Assembly (NCBI RefSeq): GCF_004010195.1
Contig: NC_057719.1
Coordinates: 37,386,138-37,446,700, forward strand
Direction of reading: 5' to 3'
Length of the DNA: 60,563 bases
DNA from: Chiloscyllium plagiosum
Lineage: Eukaryota
This document shows, in pieces, positions 35,975-48,980 of this stretch. Position 1 is the first letter of the stretch; every line of letters starts with the position of its first letter. The notes under the pieces were generated by a model. The model did not search any database. It was not told where the DNA came from and saw only the letters and a list, made by a program, of their open reading frames with translations. The translations under genes were made by a program, and so were the position numbers.

Positions 35975-38900
35975 CTGGGTAATCCATGATGGAGGATGGG
36001 AAGAAATTATGGCTGTAAGAGCTGTTACCTTTTTGAGGTATTTTAGGTGTTGGAGGTGATTTCCTCAAATGGCAGGAGCAGCAATTACTGTTTTGGAACT
36101 GTGGAGGAAAAAGACGTCAACACAATGGCACTTATAAAAGGGAGAAGGACAGATAAAAGGCAGCACATGGTTGGTGAAGGGGAGAGGGAGAGGGAGAAAG
36201 AGAAAGAAAGAGGAGAAAGAAAGAGGAGAAAGAAAGAAACCTATCTGCACAGTTACTGCCTTTGCTGTTTGAATTCATGTATTTGTAGACATCAGAGCGT
36301 GTCTAGGAAAACTTAACCAGCAAAATTCACAACTGATCTTGGAGAAACCTGTGTGGCAGAGCTCACAGCACAGCACTGAAATAATACAAAGAAATGTATA
36401 ATTTTAAGTGTAGCCTTGCTGTAATTCTACAATAGTGAGTAGAGTGGGTTCTTTCTTGATTATGTTTTACTGAGATCTGTCTCTTGATTAAATTTTAAGA
36501 ATATAAGCCATAAGTTAGTCTGGAGTACTTTTTTTTAGAGCAATAAGATGATGCTGTTTTCTGGGTCTGTATTTTGTGAAGGAGCAAAGATGGCTTTTAA
36601 TAGAGTGATATGTTCTTCTTGATGGATATGGGAGTCTAGGGAGAGTTTCCATGTTATTGAGGGTTATGTCTGCAGGAAGTGTCTTTGATTGCAAATCCTA
36701 TCATATCAAATGGATCAGTTGGAGCGACAGATAGAGGAAATAAGGAATTTATAAAAGCTAGGGGGTATGATAGATGGCAATTATAGGAAGGGAGAAAAGT
36801 CACAGATATAATCAGATAGATGGGTTAACTCCAGGAAAGGTAGGAGAGGTAGGCAGATAGTGTCGGAGTCTTCGGTGGCTATTGCCATTTCAAATAAGTA
36901 TGCTGTTTTGGAAAATGTAGGAGATTACACATTCTCAGGGGAATGTAGCATGAACGGCCAAGTCTCAGTTATTGAGGCTGGCTCGAATGTAATGAGGGTT
37001 CATCGGGTCGTAAGTGATCGATTGTGATATAAGACTCTCTAGTCAGAGGCACCGACAGATGTTTGTGTGGCCAGCAGCGAAAAATCAGAATGATGTGTTG
37101 CCTCCCTGGTGCCAGGATCAAGAATATCTCGGAGAGGGTACAGAATGTTCTCAAGGGGGAGAGGGACCAGCAGGACGTCACTGTACACATTGGAATCAAT
37201 TACACAGGAAGTGAAAAGGATGAGATTCTGAAGGGAGAATATAGAAAGTTAGGCAGGAATTTCAAAACGAGTCCTCAAGAGTCATAATATCTGGATTACC
37301 CCCAGTGCTATGAGCTGGTAAGGGTAGGAATGGGAGGATAGAGCAGATGAATACATGGCTAAGGAGCTTATGCATGGGAGAAGGGTTCACATTTTTGGAT
37401 TACTGGAATCTCTTTTGGGGTAGAAGTGACCTGTACAAGAAGGATGGATTGCATCTGAATTGGAAGCAGACTAATATACTGCCTGGAGCTACTTGGGAGG
37501 ATTTAAACTAGTAAGGTGGAGGGGATGGGACCCAGGGAGATAGTGAAGAAAGAGATCAATCTGAGACTGATACAGTTGGGAAAAGGAGCAAGTCAAACGA
37601 TTAGGGCAGGCAGGAAAAAGGTAGGACTGATAAATTAAACTGCATTGACTTCATTGCAAGAGGTATAACAGGGAAGGCAGATGAACTCAGGGTATGGTTA
37701 GGAACATGGGTCTGGGATATCATAGCAATTACAGAAACATGGCTCAGGGATGGGCATGACTGGCAGCTTAAATTTCCAGGATACAAATGCTACAGGAAGG
37801 AAGAACGGGAGGTAAGAGAGGAGGGGGAGTGGCATTTTTGATAAGGGATAGCATTATAGCTGTACCTAGGGAGGATATGGCTGTGAAAACATCCAGGGAA
37901 GTTATTTGGGTGTAATGGAGAAATAAGAAAGGGATAATCACCTTGAGTCAGTGAGAAATTGAGAAACAAATTTCTGGGGCAATTTCAGTTGTCTGTAAAA
38001 ATACTACGGTGGTTGTGGTAGGGGATTTTAACTTTCCAAACATAGACTAGCACTGCCATAGTGTTAAGGGTTTAGATGGCGAGGAATGTGTTAAGAATGT
38101 ACTGTATAAGAAAATGTTCTGATTCAGTATGTGGATGTACCTACTAGCGAAGGTGCAAAACTTGACCTACTCTTGGGAAATAAGGCAGGGCAGGTGACTG
38201 AGGTGTCAGTGGGGGAGCACTTCGGGGTCAGCGACCATAATTCTGTTAGTTATAAATTAGTGATGGAAAAGGACAGACCAGATCTAAAAGTTGAAGTTCT
38301 AAATTGGAGGAAGGCTAATTTTGACAGTTTTAGGCAAGAACTTTCAAAAGCTGATTGGGGGCAGATGTTTGCGGGTAAAGGGATGGCTGGAAACCTTCAG
38401 ACATGAGATATCGGGAGTTCAGAGAGTATATTCCTGTTAGAGTGAAGGGAAAGGCTGATAGGTTTAGGGAATGCAGGATGACTAGAGAAATTGAGGTTTT
38501 AGTTAAGGAAAAGAAGGCCTATGTCAGGTATTGATAGGAGAGATCGAGAGAATCCTTAGAAGAGTACAAAGGCAGTAGGAGTATACTTAAGAGGGAAATC
38601 AAGAAGGCAAAAATGGGACATGAGATAGCTTTGGCAAATAGGGTTAAGGATAATCCAAACAGATTTTATAAATACATTAAGGACAAAGGGTAACTACGGA
38701 GAGAATAGGGCCCCTCAAAGATCAGTAAGGTGGCCTTTGTGTGGAGCCGCAGACAATGGGGGAGACACTAAACGAGTATTTTGCATCAGTGTTACCTGTG
38801 GAGAAGGACATAGAAGATATAGAATGTAGGGAAATAGATGGTGACATCTTTAAAAATGTCCACATTACAAAGGAGGAAGTGCTGGATGTCTTGAAACACA

Positions 38901-40626
38901 TTAAAGTGGATAAATCCTCAGGACCTGATCAGGTGTACCCTAGAACTCTGTGGGAAGCTGGGAAGTGATTGCTGGTCCTCTTGCTGAGATATTTATATCA
39001 TCGATAGTTACAGGTGAGGTGCCGGATGATGGGGGTTTGGCTAATGTGGTGCCACTATTTAAGAAGGGAATTATAGACCAGTGAGCCTGACGTCGGTGGT
39101 GGGCAAGTTGTTGGAGGGAATCTGAGGGAGGGGATTTACGCGTATTTGGAAAGGCAATGACTGATTAGGGTTAGTCAGCATGGCTTTGTGTGTGGAAAAT
39201 CATATCTCATGAACTTTATTGAATGTTTTGAAGATGTAACAAAAGTGTATTAATGAGAGCAGAGCAGTGGACATGATCTATATGGACTTCAGTAAGGCGT
39301 TTGACAAGGTTCCCCATGGGAGACTGGTTAGCAAGGTTAGGTCTACTGGAGTACAGGGAGAACTAGCCATTTGGATACAGAACTGGCTCGAAGGTAGAAG
39401 ACAGAGGGTGGTGGTGGAGGGTTGCTTTTCAGACTGGAGGCATGTGACCAGTGGAGTGCCACAAGGATCAGTGCTGGGTCCACTACTTTTTGTCATTTAT
39501 ATAAATGATTTGGATGTGAACACAGGAGGTATAGCTAGTAATTTTGCAGATGACACCAAAATTGGAGATGTAGTGGATAGTGAAGAAGGTTACCTTAGAG
39601 CACAACAAGATCTTGATCAGATGGGCCAATGGGCTGAGGAGTGGCAGATGGAGTTTGATTTCAATAAATGCGAGGTGCTGCATTTTGGAAAAGCAAATCA
39701 TGGTAGGTCTTATATGCTTAATGGTAAGGTCCTAGAGCGTGATGCTGAACAAAGAGACCTTGGATGCAGGTTCATAGTTCCTTGAAAGTAGAGTCGCATG
39801 GAGATAGGATAGTGAAGAACACATTTGGTATGTTTTCCTTTATTGGTCAGATTATTGAGTACAGGAGGTGGAAGGTCACGTTGCAGCTGTACATGATGTT
39901 GGTTAGGCCATTTTTGGAATATTGCTTGCAATTCTGGTCTCCTTCCTATTGGAAGGATGTTGTGAAACTTGAAAGGATTCGGAAAAGATTTACAACCCTG
40001 TTGCCAGGGTTGGAGGATTTGAGCTAAAGGGAAAGGTTGAATAGGCTGGGGCTGTCTATCCTGGAGCATCAGAGGCTAAGGGGTGACCTTATAGAAGTTT
40101 GTAAAATCATGAGGGGTATGTATAGGTTAAATAGGCAATGTCTTTTCCCTAGGGTGGGGGAGTCCAGAACTAGAGGGCATCAAACTCCACACAGTCAGTC
40201 GCCTGAGGCGGGAACTGAACCCGGGTCTCTGGCGCTGTGAGGCAGCAGTGCTAACCACTGTGCCACCGTGCCGCCCACCTGTATGTATAGGTTAAATAGG
40301 CAATGTCTTTTCCCTAGAGTGGGGGAGTCCAGAACTAGAGGGCATAGCTTGAGGATGAGTGGGGAAAGATATAAAATGGACCTAAGGGGCAACCTTTTCA
40401 CACAGAGGGTGGTACATGTATGGAATGAACTGCCAGAGGAAGTGCTGGAGGGCTGGTACAATTGCAACATTTAAAAGGCATCTAGATGGGTATATGAATA
40501 TGAAGGGTTTAGAGGGATGAGGGCCAAGTGATGGGAAATGGGACTAGATTAGGTTAGCATTTCTGGTTGGCATGGACGAGTTGGACCAAAGGGTCTGTTT
40601 CCGTGCTGAACATCTCGATGACTCTA
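35975..40626 (+). mobile_element. Near-full-length decayed CR1 LINE (5' UTR, ORF1 zinc finger + SGNH esterase, ORF2 endonuclease-RT)
   Basis: ORF1 from ATG 36590 with CxxC remnants, DSLVRG and DGLHLN. ORF2 motifs ITETWL, GDFNFP, LDLLL, SDH, GVPQGSVLGP, FADDTK. CR1 tail present; many stops and frameshifts. Confidence 0.95.
40181..40280 (-). mobile_element. HE1-type SINE head fragment flanked by a 65-bp duplication
   Basis: SINE 5' 100 nt only. 40116-40180 matches 40281-40345 with one mismatch. Confidence 0.9.
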
Positions 40627-41332
40627 AGTCCTCGCTGGTTTCCTGACAACGTTATCTGGTAGGACAGTGATCACACAATGCAGTAACATTTATTGTCAGA
40701 ATCTAACAGGCAACCCAACTGCCCTGAACCCAAATCAGCACCATTATAAAGTGGTGCAGTAAGCAGGGCCAACTTATTTTAAGAGCTTACCAATTCTGGT
40801 CCTAACAAGGTATGAGGTTGGAAGTGTATTAGAAAGAAAGGGAAATTCTTGAATTGATACAGTCCGATATATTGTCAGTGACAAAGTATTTACACATAGA
40901 ATTCAATGTACTACTCTGAAAAAGGCTATTTGACCCAACTTGTCTAGTCCTTTATTTACGCTGTCTATGACTCTTGACCAACACAATGAATTGCTTTAAA
41001 ATACAGTTATTGCCTTTCCATAGATGTAAGGATGATAGTACAGGGACTTCTTATCCCAAAGTGTTAGTCAACAGTAATGCATTCCAGTAGGTACTAAACC
41101 AGGTAGTGTTACACAGAACTGAGTGACCCATCTAGGCATAGCAAAGATGTGTTGAAAGAGGATTATACAACTTTGAACAGGCAGATGTCCTTAGTGTTTT
41201 ATGAAGTGATTGTAAACTACCTCTGCCAATGACTGGCTTTGGTGTTCACGTAACCTGGCTTTGCCCCTATCAGCTTTCTCCTTTCTAATTTTGGGCACTT
41301 TCTTCACAATTGCTTACTTGCATGCCATTCCA

Positions 41333-41606
41333 TTGACTTGGATCCCATTTACCATCCCCGAGAAAAACAACAGGAAAGTAACATCATCATAGGAAATGAT
41401 GTCACCACAGGAAATGACATCACCAACCCTAGGAAGCTCAAGTATATAAAATACAAAGTGGGCTACACTACCAATGCTTGCTTTGGAGGCTCACTGAAGA
41501 TATTACCTAGTATGGTGATGAAATATCTGAAAATGAACCTTCCAGCTCAGGGAGCAAACCTACATCCTGAACTTCAACCTGAGCTACAAATCTTCTCAAA
41601 ACTCGC
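41333..41606 (+). mobile_element. PLE 3' end/terminal repeat of a further family
   Basis: Starts with the ORF tail HxDLDPIYHP and carries a hammerhead motif at 41492-41529. TSD tgccattcca at 41323-41332 and 41607-41616. Confidence 0.8.
41492..41529 (+). ncRNA. Minimal hammerhead ribozyme motif (PLE type)
   Basis: ca-CUGAAGA-u-AUUACC-uaguau-GGUGAU-GAAA-UA-UC-ug: both core boxes, a 6-bp stem II, palindromic AUAU stem III and an AUC triplet. Confidence 0.65.
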
Positions 41607-42556
41607 TGCCATTCCAACACATAGGTAGGTGCAGAATCTGGTGTGAAAATTGGACCTCTTCACTTTCCATAAAGTCACCTTATGAGGCAATATTTTGCAA
41701 AGGAGGGTCACTAAGCATTTCAACATTTAAATTTTGTTAAATGGCTCCATGAGAAGTAACATTACAATCATCACAAATGCATTGTACTTGATGGGTAACC
41801 TCCTTCGAAAAGATACTGGAAGGTCTGTATTTCTTCCATGCTTGTTGAGTATGTGAAAATATTGCCTTACAATCTTTGACCTATGAAACTCAGCTCAGCA
41901 TGAGTCACTGTCTTTCTGTGAAACATGAAGAAAAAATAAAACTCTCAGCTATACCTCATGCTTTAATCAGCTGCCCACGAAACACTCCAAAATATTCATT
42001 ATGCAAAGTCAATGTGAAATGACAAACCAGAGAAATAATACAGGCAACATCAATACAGCATGTGCATTTTCCATTAAAACAGAATAAAAGTGGGTAGCTT
42101 GAAAGATGTTTGGAGTCCAAATATTTATAAGTCCTAAAAATATTTAACTAAGCAAGACTTTTCTGGTTTACCGTTTACATAGACATTGTAGATTATTACA
42201 AATTTTGACTCACTTCTATCTGGAGCCTGGATCAAATGTGATCTGATCAGTTCCGCCACACAATTAACAAGTGAAAAACCTTTACAGTCAAAAGTTGCTG
42301 TTTAGGGATTGATCGAGCACTTTCTGTCACATGATTGTGACAACATTCCAAATTCCAGATATCTAACTATTTAAGTTGGAGATCTATTAACTCAAAGAAA
42401 GTACTCATCTGTCTAATACTAGTTTTTAAGGAACTTGTTAATTTAAAATGGACGTCGAAATTCCCACTTTCCCTCCATCATATGCTGTACTGGCATGAAG
42501 GATGGGGAATTGGGAAGGTACAGTACCAATCTGCTCGTGTTGACAAGGCTCCTCAC

Positions 42557-42998
42557 CCGTGAATCCTCGACTTCCCCATTCATCTGTACCTGGGTTCCCC
42601 CTCAACCCTGAAGCAGTGAGTGAGTGTAACAGCGGCAGCAGCCTCTGCCTAATTGGTGGCGCTGCTGAGTACAGCAGAGTTGGCAGGCTCTGATTGGCTG
42701 GTAACTCTTCATTAGGGCTTCTAGCATTTGGGTCCTTGGTGATGGGAGAAGGGACACCTCTGAAATGCTGGAGCAATGGGTCGTCCTGAAAAGAGTTGGT
42801 GTCGGTGTCTCGCCAGTTCTTTCGCTGGTAGCAGAGACCCCCTCCCTCCCTACCCACCCACCCCAAACTGGAGCCTACCCAAAAGGGTAGATGTTGCAAG
42901 ATAAGGGTAGATGGAATTGGAACTGGAACTGGAACAAGTGAATAAATAAAGTTTATATGTAAAGGCAAGTTACTAGAACCATCTCCCACAGCAGCCAT
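42557..42998 (-). CDS. Candidate alternative upstream coding exon of EML1 (about 147-aa N-terminal extension, MAAVGDGSSNLPLHINF...)
   Basis: Non-repeat 186-codon ORF. The acceptor ttttttttcag directly precedes the ATG at 42998. The donor CGG|gtgagg is phase 1, matching the acceptor of the 21678 exon. Confidence 0.5.
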
Positions 42999-43979
42999 CT
43001 GAAAAAAAATCGTGCTGGTGGTGATGAGCTGAAGCTGTTGAACATGGAGTGTTAAATCCAGAAACGTGCCAGACTGGAGGATTTGGTGACTATGACCATG
43101 AGCAGACCATTAACATTTAATCACAGTTCTGAGTGAAAGGCATTTAACCTGTTTTTTTCATGTAGATGAAGTGATTGAAATATAATTAAACATTGAGAAT
43201 CAGTGTTGGGAACGATTAATTGCAGTGAATTAAGTCAATTAAGCTTTGCTTATTAGGAATGCAGGAGTTTTAAAGCTCATGGCTGGAGCAGTGAACCTTA
43301 AAGGTTGTTCTGGTTTATTGTTCTCATGTATATTTACATCCCTGAGTTTTCAGTAACCATAGCAATTTAGATTATTAGCTAGGAAAGAAGCCAGTTTGGG
43401 GAAACCTTGAGGGAGAAAGAATTTAACAGTGTGAGAGGAAGAATTATGTCTCTTAACTCATTGCAATTCTTGACCCAAATAAGTGAATAACGCCCAAACT
43501 GAAGCTTAATTTTTCTTTTGTTCTCGGGACATAATATTTTGTTGGGGACAGGAGGCCACATGCTCCTTGAAAACATTGGTTGGATGTTTGCTAAGAGAAG
43601 AATCTCATGTCAGGAAATCTCTCTTGTTGATGAAAGGCGTGCCATCTGTATTTGCTGCACTTTTTCAACCTTACTGTTAAGCTTAACTCAAAGACTTTTG
43701 AACTTCAAACCCCAACAATTAAATCCCAATGCTCATTTTTGACCTGGGACTGTCTCCCAATAACCTGAACCCCAAAAATTAATCTCAAAGCCTAAAAGTA
43801 ATTATTTGACACTCCAAAAATGTTGACTTTTTTCGTGTGACAGTGCCTAGTGTCAGCAAAGTGGCAGCCACGTTCTTTTTTTCATTGCATTTTCTAAACC
43901 CAATCCCAACCCCTCCCACCAACCATCCAACACTTCCCCCACCTCCAACCCCCAAACCATCCAACACGGCCCCCCGCCC

Positions 43980-44400
43980 GCCTGCCCTGCCGCCTCTCCA
44001 GCACCTGGACTGGACACCAACAAGACTGCTGCTGCTGTCTTTGTGGGGTAAGTCTCCAAATAGCACGCACGCACACGCAGCCACAGCCACAACTTTTTAC
44101 TGCAACTTTTTGACTGGTTCCACCTTTGCCCTTTACAGGACAATGTTAGGGAGATTATCTGGGGGGGAGGTGGTTTAGGATACACCCCTGTGTGGAACTC
44201 CAGGGAAGGTGTTGGGGGGGGGAGAGAGAGAGAAGGCAGGCAGTCATTTGGAACCGGTGCCTGTTTAATCACTGTAAACAAAAGACACGATCACTTTTGG
44301 AAACACTTCTTTGATGTAATGTTTCTAACAGGACCTTGAGATCTCCTTCGGATAATCCGATTTTCGGATAATTGGTGTTCGGATAATCGAGGTTCCTCTG
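43980..44400 (-). mobile_element. Tigger/pogo-like DNA transposon end
   Basis: Minus strand reads TA|CAGAGGAACCTCGATTATCCGAAC, with three subterminal ttcggataat repeats (44347, 44363, 44378). Left boundary uncertain; partner TIR not seen. Confidence 0.6.
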
Positions 44401-44409
44401 TATTCTTCT

Positions 44410-44850
44410 TTACCCTGTTAAATTGTTTGTAATTTTGAACACCTTAATAAGGTCACCTCTTAATCTTCTTTGCTCCAAGGAGAATAAGCCCAATTTCTCT
44501 AATCATTCCTTAAATCTAAAATCCCTTTTTCCTGGTACTATTTCTGTAAATCTCACCAGAGCTTTAACATTCTCCCTTAAATAAGCTGCCCAGAACTGAA
44601 CACCATACTCCAAAAGTTGTCTGACCAATGATTTGTAAAGATATAGCGCCACTTGCTTTTATAGTCCAGGCCTCTATTTATAAACCCAATGATTCACTTA
44701 GCTTCTGAAGTCTCTGAGCCCTCTGAACAACTTTCAACTTACTTGGCCATCTTCAGAGAATTGTGTGCGTGAACCCAGGGAGCCCTCTGCCCCTGTACTC
44801 CCCTCTAATTTGTACCAGTGAGCCTGTACTGTCTCTCCATTTTTCTTCAA
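44410..44850 (-). mobile_element. Old CR1 RT fragment, followed by a PLE terminal-repeat remnant (about 44885-44995, +)
   Basis: aaggtcacctcttaatcttctttgctccaaggagaataagccc is the reverse complement of GLFSLEQRRLRGDL. Confidence 0.7.
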
Positions 44851-45494
44851 CTAAAATACTATGTAAACACTATAGCATCTTCCATCCAGTTCTGGAAGAG
44901 GATCACTGGACCCACAGATGCTGTCAGATCTGCTGAATTACCTCAGCAATTTCTGTTTTTGTTTCTGATTTCCAACATCCAGTTCTTTTTTTTTTGTTAA
45001 CATCTTCCACATCATGGCCTGAAACAAAATATTTAATTGCAGGGACACTTGCAACGTACTTGTATTTTATGCTCCCTTTGTATTCATTGAGCATTATTCT
45101 TTCGCAAATATAGTCCAGGCAGCTTAAACTACATGCTAATTATGTCATCTGCCATGTGACCATTATTCTTCTCTTTTGAAAGCAATGAATCACATTAGAA
45201 TAAGGTTCTCCAGCTGACATCCCAACCACTTTGCTAATTGAAATGGGCTGACTCTTGTGCAAATCTGACAGTGAACCCAAGACCCTAAGCATATCAACTT
45301 GATAAGCATTAAAGCACTCACATCAGAAGGTGAAGCACCGAGACCCCAAATGTTCCCAATGTGTTCCCTTGAAAGAAGTACAACAACTGCTGCTCATAAA
45401 TCCTCCACACTGAAGACATTGCTGGTAACACACAATGTGGTTTAGTACTGTACCCAGCAGCATAAAGGGTACGCCTCTCATGCTATTGCTCGTA

Positions 45495-45825
45495 GAATCA
45501 CTACAATGCAGAAGCAGGCCATTCAGCCTGTCAAGTCCACACCGCCCCTCCATAAAGCATCCCACCCTGAGCCACACCCCCTACACTTTCCCTTAATTCC
45601 CCATGGCTAATCCACCTAGCCCACACATCCCTGGACACACTTAGTATGGCCAATCCACCTAACCAGCACATCCTTAGACTGTGGGAGGAAACCAGAGCAT
45701 CTGGAGGAAACCTATGCAGATACAGGGAAAATGCAGAAACTCCATTCAGTCACCTGAGGGTGGAATTGAATCCAGGTCCCTGGCTTTGTGAGGTAGCAGT
45801 ACTAGCCACTGAGCCACCATGCTGC
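45495..45825 (-). mobile_element. Older full-length HE1-like SINE
   Basis: Head atggtggctcagtggctagtactgct, B-box ggattcaattcc, CR1-like tail. Confidence 0.85.
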
Positions 45826-45864
45826 CATCACAGCATTAGTTCAATGATCAGACATTCTTTTTTG

Positions 45865-46215
45865 AATCAGAAGGTTGTGTGTTTCAGTCGACCACCAGAG
45901 AATTAAGTATATAACCTATGTTGACACTGTAGTGCAGTAGTGGTACATTCTGTCCTGTCTTGGAGATTATTGTAAAAGATCCCATGGCCTGATTCAAAGC
46001 GCAGTGCGTTTGTGTCCTAACTAACAAATATCCCTCAGTGAGTATCACTCAAACATCTAGTTATTTACCTCATTGCTGTTTATTGGACTTTGTTGTACAT
46101 AAATGACTGCCGTATTTCATGACACTACAACAATGACTGTACCTCAAATGTACTTCAAAGTGAAGTATTTTAGAACGCTCTGAGGAAGTGAAGGAACAAG
46201 AATGCAAGTTCTTCT
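45865..46215 (+). mobile_element. DeuSINE/SacSINE1-like ancient SINE
   Basis: aaaagatcccatggc...cattgctgttt...acactacaacaatgactgtacctcaaatgtacttc...aatgcaagt resembles the recalled Deu domain and L2-type tail. Confidence 0.65.
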
Positions 46216-46896
46216 ATGAATAAAATATTGGGTTAATGAAAGGGTTGCATTTATAATTTACTAACAGAGAATTCCCAGGCTACTTCACTGCTGTTACTAA
46301 GCCTTTGTAAAAGCTATATTGGCAGTTTGAGATGAATGACTTGTGTTACAGTGGTGGCCCAACACTGGTGGTGAGAGAAATTCCCACATCACACTGAGTG
46401 GGAGGCAGACTACACATTGTGCTGTGAGAGCTGCATGAAGCTAGTGGATTATGTGTAATATGACTCTCAGCAATGGCACTTAGGTACAATTGTTCAGTAC
46501 AGAATAGCTGTTTGAAATTGTTGTGGGTGTGTTTACGGCAATGAACCAAAGAATGATTTTTAAATAAATTATGGACCTTGATGTTCCTGTTACATAGAAT
46601 GAGTATACACAAGCAAAGACACTTGAGTGCTAGCAATGGGCAATAAAAACCATATTGCATTCGCTAGTGATGGTAGAAAGGATCTAACACAGGGCAGAAT
46701 CTTATAGAAGCCTGAACAATATGAGCTGGCTAGAGAAGAGATGGAATAGTGTGAATAGTTGAGTGAGGACTTTCTTGATATTGGGAACAACTTTCTGCAT
46801 CTTTTAACTACAGTCTGGATGTTGAGACTAGATTCTCACTACAGAGCGCTGTGTTGCCTGTTAAGGGAAATTATCGCTTGTTAGACCTTATTTAAC

Positions 46897-47045
46897 GTTG
46901 AAACTTTATTGCTGGAACAGCACAGCAGGTCAGGCAGCATCCAGGGAACAGGAGATTCGACGTTTCGGGCCTGACCTGCTGTGCTGTTCCAGCAATAAAG
47001 TTTCAACTTTGATCTCCAGCTCTGCAGACCTCACTTTCTCCTCGA
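46897..47045. mobile_element. Young fold-back PLE terminal-repeat insertion
   Basis: Perfect 39-bp inverted repeat (46897-46935 and 46969-47007). TSD agaccttatttaac at 46883-46896 and 47046-47059. Confidence 0.92.
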
Positions 47046-47409
47046 AGACCTTATTTAACTGCAGACCTTGCCTCATTAATATGCAGTTTCCTATCCTGCC
47101 ACCCACTGTGCACTAACGATGCACTGAGAAGTCAGAGCGGATATCTGGCAACTTCAGCTTGTTGTGAGGAGCACCTACCCATCCACCCCCCTCCCTCACC
47201 CCGTGTTGCTCAACACCAAACACCATCTCTGGTCTCGATCGATGGGCATGTGATGCACATGCCCCTTGTCCATTGACACTGGCATCTAATAATTTCCAAA
47301 CACTAAGGATCCTATTGGTAATTCTCTGATCCACTTGCAGGGTACTTAGGAAATATAGACCCAAGCTGCAGGGCACACTGACAAAATGGTTTGATTGGCT
47401 GCTGCAAGG

Positions 47410-47707
47410 ACTAGAGGGGATAGGTTTAGGGTGAGGGGGGGAAAGATATAAAAGAGACCTACGGGGCCACCTTTTCACATATAGGGTGGTACGTTATGGA
47501 ATGTGCTGCCAGAGGGAGTGGTGGAGGCTAGTACAATTCCAACATTTAAAAAAGACATCTGGATGGGTATATGAATAGGAAGGTTTCAGAGGGGTATGGG
47601 CCAAATGCTGGCAGGTGGGACTAGATTGGGTTGGGATATCTGGTCGGCATGGACAAATGGGACCGAAGGGTTTGTCTCTGTGCCTTACATCTCTATGACT
47701 CCATGAC
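47410..47707 (+). mobile_element. CR1 3' end fragment
   Basis: Matches 3200-3500, including the tail. Confidence 0.9.
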
Positions 47708-48980
47708 ATTTTGGATGAGAGGAGGGTCATTCAACCTGCTCACGGATTGGACCAGGCTGCATCTCAGGCCTACTCACTCGCTGTCTCCACACTCGCTCGC
47801 CTACATTCATGCTCGCAGCATCCCTGCCCTGCCATGCCTTGCCCATATGCATTGTTGCTTCAGCCAGTGCCTAAAGGTTATCATTACTGGCTTTGTTATG
47901 CAGACACACAGAGAGGGTGCTGGTCATGTTTGTCCTGGTACTGACAATCAAGAGCACAGTCTGAGCACTGTCCTGGGGTTAGGCCGCAGTCAGTCCATTA
48001 GGGCCAATCATGGTTAGCGGATCTGTCCGACTACTAGGCAGTAGTCAGTCCTGCAAAGCCATCACAAGCAGTCAGAGGCATCATGTATCATCAGTTGGAG
48101 AGCTGCAAAAACACAAGTCCAGGGGCTGGTCAGTCATGTCTAGGGGCTGTCATTCGAAGTCAATAGAGATCCAAGGATTGTTGAGCTGGGTTCAGACATG
48201 GCTTGTAGGTTCAAAGGGAGATCATTGCCAAGAGGACTGGGGTCACCTGGGGATGAGAAGCAAGAATATGTGTCAAGAGGGCAAGGACAGTGACGGGGGA
48301 GAAGTCGAGGTATAAGAAGCAAATGTGAAGCAACAATGAAGGGAATGGTAAGTTATGGGGGTGTGGGCAGACTTTGGGGTGGGGGTGGTGTTATTGCAGG
48401 GACACCACTGTGGCCTCCAACAAGGAGCCTAGTGAACCATTGTGAGCATCATTACAGTATAATGTTGGGATTCAGGATTGGGTGGGTGATGGGCGAGATG
48501 AGCTGTTGGAGTAGTGTGAGATAGAACAGAACATGGAGGTTCTGAGAGGGTACCCGGCAATTAGATGGAGCATGGTACTGTCTGTGTCTAACGAGCTGTT
48601 CACTTGACACTAACTACAAATGGAAAACCTTTGGGACAATGTGCGGGCTCAGTGCAGACATCATCAGTATGACAGGTGAAGGCAAGATTAGGACATTGAA
48701 GGGACAAACACATTCAGTCTGAAGCTAGAATTTCCAAGCACATTTCATTTTCAATTATTTAATTGTCTATTTGCAATGCATTCAGAGTGAACATGCTTAA
48801 GGTTCAAAAGCTGACCATAGATGATATGAACAAATTGAACAGTTGGCATCTCAAATGATGCAACTGTCAGTGACAATGTGTTAAAAGGAAGCAAATGCTG
48901 GCTCAATACAGCCCATAACTAAGACGACTGCTGCATCATCAGACATAAGAGTATTACACTGGACTATATTGAATGCAATT

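Noticed and set aside
43785..44281. Overlapping Pro/Gly-rich ORFs
   Set aside because: Low-complexity C-rich sequence in or next to a transposon remnant.
47710..48680. GC-richer block with many short ORFs, possibly a decayed DNA transposon (similar blocks at about 12.7-13.3 and 24.4-24.9 kb)
   Set aside because: No diagnostic motif or paired TIR could be verified by eye, so it is left unannotated.
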